A DNA stretch of 64,000 nucleotides, from positions 13,454,001-13,518,000 of the forward strand of contig CM102285.1 of NCBI GenBank assembly GCA_046563655.1, read 5' to 3'. The translations under genes and the position numbers were made by a program. Below the pieces are notes generated by a model. The model was not told where the DNA came from and did not search any database. It saw only the letters and a list, made by a program, of their open reading frames with translations. This document shows, one piece after another, positions 51,577 through 61,771 of this stretch. Every line of letters starts with the position of its first letter. The first letter of the stretch is position 1. This DNA is from Yuukianura sp. NJ FZ-2021. Taxonomy: Eukaryota.

Positions 51577-52068
51577 AATTGATTTAGAAACCGACTAGTA
51601 GTATTGAACCTCAAAGTATTGACGATTCCGAGTAATCGATTGTTTCAAATTTTGAAAACAGATTGTTTCTCAAATTAAAATAAAACGAAGAAAGTTTTAT
51701 AAAAGCATCGATCATGAATCATATTTAAACTGAATTTGTACATGCGCAAAATAACTCGTTTTGTAACAAAGATTTTGCAGATCCACTACTCCCCCTTTCC
51801 GGTTTTGTATACACCAATGCCATTAATCGTTAAAAAATCATAGCACTGATCTTGTCGAGCAAGTTGAATTACCATAAAGAGGAAATGAGGATTCGGGTTC
51901 AACAGCTTCTGAGCAAATCAAGTCCAAACCCTCACTTTTGTTTTATGATCAAGTTCAATTCCATTGCGAAAAAGATTGACCAATCACAAAACGTTGGAAG
52001 TTAAGTTCACAGTTAAATTGACTCACGAAGTGAAGTTTGACTAATCGATTAATTAGCTATAATCCAAA

Positions 52069-54056
52069 ATGAAGCGAAACATTATCATCATCTGCGTAGT
52101 TTTGCTAATAGTGACCAATTTAACGCACGGTGAGCACAAGTAATTTGGGAAATACAGAAAAAAAAAACTTTTTGCGAAAAAAGTCGCATTTAAGTGCAAC
52201 TCAAATGTTGTTTTGCAGGGCGCCATATTTCAAAAGTTTCAGCACGCAATGGAGACAGCACTGGATCTGCGCAAGCGCAGGATTCGCTCAAGCGTCTTTT
52301 GCAGTACTACCGATCCCAGAAAACAGAAAACGTAGGAACTTCTGTAGAGGGGTCACCGGAATTGTTCGAAATCGATTTGAGTGAAAGCCAAAGAGGCAAA
52401 TTTCGACTGGACTTTTCAAATTCCTATGTCGCTAGAGGTAATCACTGGCCTGCCACCAGCTTCTTGACCTTTGACCTCTGACTTTTACAAACTGTGTTTC
52501 AGATGACATGGTTCCATTTGCCGAAGATGTTCCCTTTGGAAGTCTGGCGCCATCACCACCGAAGCCTTCTGTGGCATCAGAAACTCCGGAAGAAAGTCAA
52601 GACGCAGCGATTCCAGTTGACAGTGCTTATGTCGTCATTTCCCAGCCAGAATACGAACAACCAGCGAATCTGGAGACAGAAAATGCAGAAATTGAACATG
52701 TTGAAAATGTTAATGTGCAAGTAAATGAAAATGAGAAGAATGAAAGTGAACCAATAGTACTTGCGGGTTCCAGTGCCACTCCAGATCCGGAAGAAGCCGA
52801 GAAAGAAGTGACGACGATGTTTCCAGTTGACAAGATAAGTGACATGACTCCAGTTGTTGCAATGGTCCAGAAACTTAAAACTTCTGTGGAGGAAGACGTT
52901 AGCCATTATGATGATGACGACGACGCAGAAGGTACAGTGTGATCACTTGCTGAAAATATCCATAGAAAAGACTATTAAAAACTTAACAACTTTTTGAACT
53001 GCTTTTCCCTCAGATTCTGAAGAACATTGTACTGAAGGAGAAACGAAAAGGTTACGCTGTAACAACGCCTGCGTCTGCGTCGACGGAGCCTTCTTTTGTT
53101 CAAATCGAAAATGCGAAGATGCTGGCCACAAGTCCAACGCTACTCAAGTTTCTTCCACGATGAAAAACGACGCAGATAAAACTGAAAAGAAACCGTGGGG
53201 GTTTAAGAAGAAGTCACCATCGGATACAACGATGCCAGCCTGCAGCAGGTAATCCAATAGTACTACTAATTCAAAATTTTGGTCAAAAATTTCAAAAATT
53301 TTTCAAAAGAAAAAATCCTAACGAATTGTTGGTACAAATTTTTCAGCGGTATGACCAAATCCGTTGACTGCAACCAGTGCGTCTGCGTGATGGGAAAATG
53401 GGCTTGTACCAAACGCGCTTGCATAGCTTTGACTCTCAGAGGTTAGTCAATTAAATTAAATTAAATCAAGTTAATTTAAAGTTATCCTTGAATATGAACC
53501 TTTAATATACCAACCTTGAATATAATTTAGAGAAAGCAAGTTATACTGATGGCGTCAGTCTGTACAACCAAGTTGGAACTTTGGTGGAAAACAAGGACTT
53601 TGACGGTAGTATTAAAATCTAAAACCATAAATTATTCAATACTTAATAAAAATTAATTACAGTAAAAGTTAATTAATTTTCAGAGGACTGCATTGAAGGT
53701 GTAACAAGGCAAATGGGATGCAATCAGTGCATTTGTCATTTGAATTCTTGGTCGTGTTCAAATTTCACCTGTGAACCAACTCCACCTCCAAAGAAGCCAC
53801 AAGAGATTCAAGGTCAGTTCGATTTTTTCAAAAACTCAGAAATCGAAATCCATATTTAACGATTTCTGAAATTTCAGAAGCCTGTCAAAAGGAAGGAGAC
53901 GTGAAGAGCCGTGGCTGTAACTTGTGTAAATGCAATCGTGGGATTTGGGTTTGTTCAAACAACAATTGCAATGCATACGAAGATAAAGACGAAACTATTC
54001 CCATGAGGTATCGAACTTCTACGAAAACTGCCAATTCAAACACTCCAAAACAGTAA
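52069..54056 (+). CDS. Secreted pacifastin-domain protein: acidic N-terminal region plus 4 pacifastin-like domains
   Basis: Signal peptide MKRNIIIICVVLLIV. Domain cores CNNACVCVDGAFFCSNRKC, CNQCVCVMGKWACTKRAC, CNQCICHLNSWSCSNFTC, CNLCKCNRGIWVCSNNNC, each preceded by a sixth Cys. Confidence 0.8.
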
Positions 54057-54177
54057 CATCGAACATTCCTGTCAAAAATCGGCTGAATATTTAATACAAA
54101 GTGTAAACAGAACAAGTATAAATCAATAATTAAATTAACAAATCAACATTTCAAACGAAACTGTAAATTCCCGGTAT

Positions 54178-57100
54178 TTACTGGCCTTCAACGTGCAGTT
54201 CCGTTGCAAGGTGAGTCTGCAAATCAGAAAGTTTTTTCTTGAGAGCAGCGATGCCCATGATGACAATATTTTCTGGTTTCAACGCTCCACTGCTTTCGAC
54301 GTTGAAGAAAAATCGGGAAGGAGCTCCATCGTACTTAAAATCGGCTTCATCTAAACATCAAAGTGCACAAAGTTAGAATTATTTCCAAAGTAAAAGCAAA
54401 ATCGCTGCAATTTATCCTTTTTTACTTACGTTTGTCTTCATCATTGAGTTCTGAATATTCACTTCTGGTATTAGATGGCCATTCCTCTGGTTTCGGAAAA
54501 ATCGTATGTCTGAAAGCATTGTCTGGATCGTATTCAAAAGCAACTCCCGCAGTTGGATTCCATTTAGCATGCTCCTTTCCAAATCCCTTCTTAGCATAGG
54601 CTCTCAATTTCAATTCTTGGCCTTTCCGGAGCTTGATGATCAAAATATCTGCAAGTACAAAGAAATTACGCAACTCCATGTCAATTTCCTGTCAGAAATT
54701 CTATCTTACCATCAGATCCGTCGCCATCAAAATGTGCTTCCTCGTCTTTTCCTTGAGATGTCACCGGAACGACACGAGGGTCTTTGGAAATCAAGTCTGC
54801 CGAAGTGACATTAATTGTTCGGTCGTCGTGACACTTCACATCCAGCAAAAACTCGACACTGCAACTTGTACAGAAGTCTTCGCATTCGCACTCCTGAAAA
54901 GAGAAAAAGAAACGAAACTATGAAAAATTATGAAATTACTAAAATAAGACAACTATTTTCTGCAATTATCGTTTTCTTTTGAAAATTAGCACGCAAGCAC
55001 AAAAGTGATGCTTCCTTCGTACATAAAAACCTGTCTCGCTGCGAAACTTTAATGCTAGACATTACAATGGCTTCAACTGCTGTATTGTTGACAGCGCTGA
55101 TCTTATGCTACAAGTCAGTGAACACACAAAGTATAGCTAAGATTTTGCAGCCTCTATCACATTGCTATTTCATTCAAATTCAAAATTCTGCAGAAAGTAC
55201 AGATCAAAGCTGCGACACAGCATTGGGGTAACAACATTTCAATTTGATTTCTGGAAAACTTTTTTTAATTTTTTGAATTAATAGAGCGGCCGAAGTTCCT
55301 GGAATGAGGCTTGACCTGACTACTTTTGATTTCAACCTAATCCAGCACTTTGGAGTGAAACAGCCAATCCGATACGAGCATCAATGCGTTACTTTTCTAA
55401 TTCCTATTCCTGTAGAAGAAGAGCTGAATTCCAGATTCTTTGCAAGTCCAGAACTTCAATTACAAGCTGGAATGTCCTACTTGATTTTTCACAACTCTGG
55501 AACAAGGTCTACCACATATGAGTCCAGCATGTTACGACAGAGTGCTGAAGCAATTGGTCCAGCACTTGAGAACTTTCCACACAGAATACTGCTAAGAACA
55601 CCAACAAGCGAAGAGGTAACAATCTATCAGTTTCAGTATTATTCCTTCCAGGGAACTTCGAAATTTCATCAGTGGAAGTCACTGAGACTGGAGCAGTTGG
55701 AATCAGAAACAGTGGATACGCTATATCCCGACGTGACGAGGAATTTGAATGGGAAGATGTTAAGATGCAGTGCTCCTCCAGCTCCGCCTCTTGTATACTT
55801 GGTTCCATCTAAAGATGATCCAGCCAAGTTGGACATCGTTGGAATGCAAGAAGTAATTCTGAAGTCAATGGCTGCTACTCTCAATTTTACGTTCACACTG
55901 CGCAAGGCTTCACAGGGTCTCACAGGCGTTCAGTTTCCGAATGGCAGTTGGAATGGAATCATGGAGGAAGTGTTGACTGGAAAAGCTGATATTGGACTCT
56001 CCGTGGCCACTTCATACGAACGTGAGAAAGTGTTTGACTTTACTGTTCCCGTTTTCAATGCATTTCTGGTCCTCGTATCGATGAAACCCACTCCATTCTT
56101 CAATTGGGAAGCAATCTTCTATCCGTTCGGTCGCAAAGCTTGGTTGGCCATTTTGGCTTGCACAGTTCTGTCGCTGGTCGTCAGTAGATTGTTGTACAAC
56201 AGATCAGCAGTCATACTTGATAAATTTCTGCAAACACAATCACAACACATTTCAAAAAACACGACAGAAAAACGATTGAATGAAAAAATATCAATGTTTC
56301 AGGCAACGTGTCTTACCGTAGGAGCTTTGCTGGAACAGGGATGCCATCTGAGAATGCCCGCCATTTCAACGCGAATGTTCGTATCATTTTGGTTCTTTGC
56401 CGCGATTGTCATCACTTGTGCATATCGCAGTAAGCTGTTTCTGTTTCTAACGTTCCCGACAGTCGAAAAGCCTCCGTCAACATTCGAGGAACTTTCGATA
56501 TCAAAGTACAAGTGGGGACTTAAGTCCCTCGGGGGAGTTGGACTTCAATTTATCACCCAATCACCACTGGCACATGTCCGCTACATTGGAGAAAAGTTGG
56601 AGATTTCAACGGATAAGTACTCCTGTCTAGACAAAACCATTAACGAGAAGTTTGTTTGCATCATCTACAGAGCCTATATTGACTACATGCTGGAATTGCG
56701 ATACTGGAACATGAGACACAAGTTCCACATTTCCGACTACCTCACACCTCCAGTTGGATCATCCTGGGTATTGCGGAAGTATTCGCCACTGCTACCAATA
56801 CTAAACAAATTGCATGCTGGACAATTCGAAATGGGATTGGCTGATAAGTACATTGACATTTATCAGCAAGGAGTAGCAAAGGAGTTCAGAATTCAGGCTA
56901 AAAATCCTGAATCCAAGGTTGACAAGTTTGATCAAAACATCAACTATGTCCCGGAAAGCGAAGAATCTAAACCTCTTCGTCTAACAAATCTGTATGGTGC
57001 GTTCTTCATCTTGGCCTTTGGGTTTTCAATTGCTGGACTCACTTTTGCAACGGAAATGATTCGAGCGATGACTAAGAGGACGAAAGTGGAAGACCTGACG

Positions 57101-57615
57101 AGGCAACCCAGAACAAAGCATGGTGCTGCTACACTCGGATTCATCCGCAGAAAGATGCCTGCAACGAAGCTTAACGTAGTAACGCAGATTAGAACTTAAA
57201 TCTATCCTAGAACTGATGTAAGTAAAATAATATAATTAGAATTGGAAAGATACGTAGTGTGATTTTAAAACTTACTCGACTGTATCTCATGCCTTCAATG
57301 ACAAGGTCAGACGTTAGCGGAATCATTCCAATTCGGTGTGCAATAAATTCGTCGCTTAGAACTGTCGAATTGGCTTCAAATTGAACCCAGTCAATTGCCA
57401 TTGTTGGGGTCTCCGCAATGAATACCCGGCGCAGGCTATTGGCAACACTAATATAAAACAAAATAACGATCTTAGTCATGACCTTTGACATTCGTTTCCT
57501 TTACCAAAGCAAGCATTCTCTCGTCTCACCTGAGATCAGTATCCTCTATCTGGAACTTGACATTTTCGCCTGTGAATTCTGTGATCTTGACAGTTGGCTG
57601 ATTTGCATAAGGCAT
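54178..57615 (-). CDS. POLR2C: RNA polymerase II subunit RPB3, 5 exons, with a 2.4 kb intron 2 (54894-57275)
   Basis: [32 protein letters not shown]...[13 protein letters not shown], zinc loop [38 protein letters not shown]. Confidence 0.96.
55052..57199 (+). CDS. Divergent ionotropic receptor (IR, variant iGluR) nested antisense in the RPB3 intron
   Basis: A short signal-peptide exon (ATG 55052 or 55067) splices in frame at 55285 into the 631-aa ORF. Motifs [19 protein letters not shown]...ADIG...ER...FDFT, IFYPF...[32 protein letters not shown]. Confidence 0.9.
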
Positions 57616-58208
57616 CTTCAGTGGATCAGCACTATGTAGTAGAGTACCGGCGTATAACAATGAAACACCAAGTTTTGCGTAACAATTGTTAAATATGGAA
57701 TACTTAATTGTTAATTAATTAATTGTTTAGTGAATGAAAAACGAAAATTTAAAAATTCCAAATTCTGGAGAACCAAAGTAAAAGTTATCAGCAATTCTCC
57801 CTTCAACAGACACCTCACGCAGTTTGGCATCCCACAAAGTTTTAATAGTTGTTATTTATTAGCTAAATTAACTCAAATAATTAATGTAGCTAAACTTCTA
57901 TACACTAATGTTAGGCATAAGATATATTAATGAGTGTTAAAATAATTTTAACTACAATGTGTCGCAATTTCTTTTGCAATAGCTTGTAAAACGATTTAAC
58001 TTGCCCACGTCTGTTGGCAGTAGCTGTGTGTTATGATTTGGTGCAACTCCAAATGGCGCCACTCGGCATTTCAAATTCAAAACAAAGAATGTAAACATTT
58101 GATTTTTTTTGGGAAATCGCTGATCGCTGAATAATTTCAATTTCAGCGATTTTCACTGTTAGAGTTTAATTTTTATTGCCTTGTGTTAATTTTGGAAAGT
58201 AAGGCATC

Positions 58209-60016
58209 ATGAGGTTCACCGGTGTTCTACTGATGCCACAAAACTTGCCGCGACTCCGGGACGTGTCGTGGCAAAGATGGCGAAAACGACGTATCGGTAA
58301 TGATGGGATGGCTGCATTGCTGGAGAAATCAGGGATTGAAGTAATTGACGCCAACGATTTTGTTGAGAGAGACAGTCCATTATTCAAGGATTACCAATCA
58401 TTGTAAGTAATTCAGATGACTAACTGGGAGAAACATGTGGGAAATAATCACTTTTGTATCATTTTAGGCCGGAGGTGAAACCTATCTTTCCAGAGCCTTT
58501 GAAAAATGATTCTTCACATCCATTATGGAAGGACGTTCCAGCAAAAGTACTCAATCATAAATGCTTCCCAATGGAAGGAGTGAAACAAGCTCAATTGCTT
58601 ACAAAGTCTGTACAAGTAAAATCCGGACTTCCGGATGCCATTTTGGAGTTGAGTCGAAATCCAGCAATTGAAGGCCAAGATGTTGCTGCTAGAAAGTACG
58701 TCTTAACAAATGCCGAGTTAGCAGTTTCGAAACTTTTATCAGAGTGTAATGCCAAGCATGCTATTTTCAGTGTCGTCCAGCAAGCGTATCTGTGGGATGC
58801 TCACCTGGACAAACAACCTCGTCTCCGTTCGCTTGAAATCCCGGAATTTAGATACAAAAACACCTATGGAATTAAAGCTGAAACTTCAACGTAAATGTCA
58901 TCTTCTATGAACGAAAATTATCACAATATTATTTATATTAATCATCATTTTATACCGTTTTACAGTGAACTCCTGATTCGTAATTTACTCCGTCTATGTC
59001 AAGCTCATTATCCAAAGGAAGTATCACGAACAGTTGTCGCTGGCGGAACCGATTTTCGTGTAAACGTAGAACGTGAAGGATTCAACGTGCAGTTTCAATT
59101 GTCGCCACTTGTTACAATTCTTTCCAAGCATCTCTTGAAGCCGTACTCAACTGTGAGTTTAACGGAAGATTTGACTGTTCCGGACGTTGCTCCATTCAAT
59201 TCAGTTCTCAATTTCGAGGAAGAGAATATTTACCATTCAGATGACTTCATTGGTAAATTCTTGACGTTCAATCATGTGTATATACGTTCGTAACTTGAGA
59301 GTTTGACTTCGATATCGGAACTTACAGGATACAATTCAGACACAGCATTTCCGAATATCCACACTGCAGTTTTCGCTCATACGATCCCCGGATCATTTAC
59401 ACATGTTCATCCTCGCTGGAATTCCGACAGATATTCTGGTTCCACTCTTCTCTATGGATTTGCAACTGCTTTACTCATGGCAAGAAGAAAATTTGGGGTA
59501 ACGCAATCACGAATTACTTTCATTAATCTAATTCTAATTAATCGCAATGTTAATTGTTCTAAACTATTTTTTTAGACAAACATAACTGCTCTCCCTGAAC
59601 CAATTACAACACAGACGATTCACTTCACAGGTATTCTTTTTACATAAAAAGTACAGCGTTGTTCTTATGTTGAAGTTATTCTACAGTTGTAACTCAACAT
59701 TGCAGGAAAGGAATGGCAGTTTGGAGTGTTCCAGCTCAACACTTTGGATTTGGATGACGCTGAACATGGATCTACCAAAAACATTGCCTGGCTAACACCC
59801 CGTATTTCGCTGTTTGAAAAGTGCTGTTACGACTATGACAAAGGAAGAGCGATTTTTGAAGGATACAATCCAGAAGTTTTCAAACTCCTGTTCGGAATGT
59901 ACACTGCTTCAACACTGGAACCACTTCCGGAACTCCCACCACCGGAACCGGAAGCATCCGAACCTACCGTCGCTTCTTCATCATCTCCCTCTCCATCATT
60001 AGATCGGACACAGTAG
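58209..60016 (+). CDS. mRpL37: Mitochondrial ribosomal protein mL37
   Basis: EGVKQAQLLTKS, LPEPITTQTIHF, FQLNTLDL...KNIAW and EGYNPEVFK match the mL37 family as recalled. Basic N-terminal presequence-like segment; head-to-head with RPB3. Confidence 0.8.
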
Positions 60017-60078
60017 TTTTCAGTTCACTCATCCAGCTAAGTTTATATCAATTTAACACATTTTTAGTTGTACATAAA

Positions 60079-61403
60079 CTAGTAGTATAATCCCGATTCT
60101 TCATCTGTCGTCGTTGCTTTGTAACTGCTTCCCAATTTAGTTCCGTATAAATACTGACTACGTCGACTGTTTTCCTCCAGCAGTCGCATCATTGTTGTTT
60201 TTGGTGGTTGCTGTCAATGAGACGGGCCAAATCAATTAGTAATTGGTTAAGGTCTCACCTCAAACGTTTGAAATTCACAGTCTTACGTTGTCTGGAGGAG
60301 GATCACGTTCTTCTTGCTCACAAGGAAGCAACGTAAGCAGTGGTGGAAGAACAAGAGACAGCACAATACCGATTACAATTTCATCTGCTACGATCGAGGC
60401 TGACAGTATACTGCTTGCTTTTCCGTCTTTCAGTGCTGCTGTTCAGACAAAAATTTTACAAAACTGTAGTCGGAAAAATTTGAAATGTGCTGGATTGTCA
60501 AAACTGAGTGAAACTTACCATAAGTTGCTGCAAAACAACTCGTCACAAAGAGGTAAGTGACGTAAATTGGAATAGATACTGTCATAATGTAGAACGCAGC
60601 TATGTTCTTCTCTGTTAATTGAATTATGATTAAACTTTGTCTTGTGACTAGGGCGATGTTTCTGGAAGTTTATAGAAGTACTTGCAACACATCCACCGTA
60701 AACGGGACAATGGTGATCCCAGTTCAACTGGCAGCATCCGCAGGTTGTACAGTGGCCAGATTGTGGTGGTCTCCAGACGTGACATCGAAAACAGTAACTG
60801 TAGCGCACAGTGTCTCCATGACGGTCGAACTTTTCTCGGTGAACTCCGCCTCCTCCGAACGGTCTCGGGGGAAGGTCACCCGCAGCTTTTAGACGAAACA
60901 GTTCATAACACTGTGGATTTTATATGCTGGTATGCTGGATTTCCATTGGCTTACCATCTTCAGCGTTTTGAATCGCTTCTGAAAATTTTGGTCTCTTTAT
61001 AATTCCAGGGTCACTCAGCAGCACTTTCCAGGAGGAGCCAAAGACGATGAGAAAAAGCACAAGCCCGATGATAAAAACTTCTTGTTTGTATTTCTCGTAC
61101 CTGAGTGTTAAAAACAGAATTTTCAGCGATTACTTGAGCGATCAACTTCAAAAACTCAAACTTTTCTTACTCTACGATGAAAGTGATGGTGACTATTATG
61201 ACATAAACTTCCAGAAGCCACCACCATGACCTCACGGGACCAATGAGAATGCAACCTCCACAGAAGACATGATAGTTTCCGTACCGACGCCAAGTCGATT
61301 CCCGCTTCATCAAGTTTTCCATGACAATCGTTTTCATGTCCAATCCGCCTCTTCCTCCTCCAGAATGTCGCTGGTCATCTTCAGTTGACGAGGCCATGGT
61401 CAT
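60079..61403 (-). CDS. DHHC palmitoyltransferase (ZDHHC9/14/18, Erf2-like), divergent
   Basis: GNYHVFCGG, SDPGII, YCFRCHVWRPPQSGHCTTCGCCQLNWDHHCPVYGGCV, with four hydrophobic segments across 6 exons; TAG 60079-60081. Confidence 0.85.
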
Positions 61404-61771
61404 GCGCTCCTACCTGAACCGATGACTAGGAAAAATTTATAACATAAAACTACAAGTGCGTGCAATGTAAAATTCAAAATTCAAATTCAACATCACAACA
61501 AATACTCCCAAACATCAACAAAAAACTGTTTCATAGTTTGTTTAGCACAGGTTGGTTGCTGAAACGATGAACAAAGAGTCGGGGTGAAAAACCTATCTGG
61601 AATAAATCTCGGAAGTTCAATCTAGGAAGCTGTTATTGCTTTAATTAATAAATGGCGGCATTCCATGTCCAAAAACAACAAAAATGATATAAAGAATTTT
61701 TCCTAAATTAATTTCGAACTGCAATTTATAGTTTACGTCAAAAATGGAAATAAAAAATTATTTCTGTAACT

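Noticed and set aside
55304..57199. Long intron-less ORF as a transposon or horizontally acquired bacterial gene
   Set aside because: It has iGluR/IR S1-M1-P-M2-S2-M3 architecture and a spliced signal-peptide exon.
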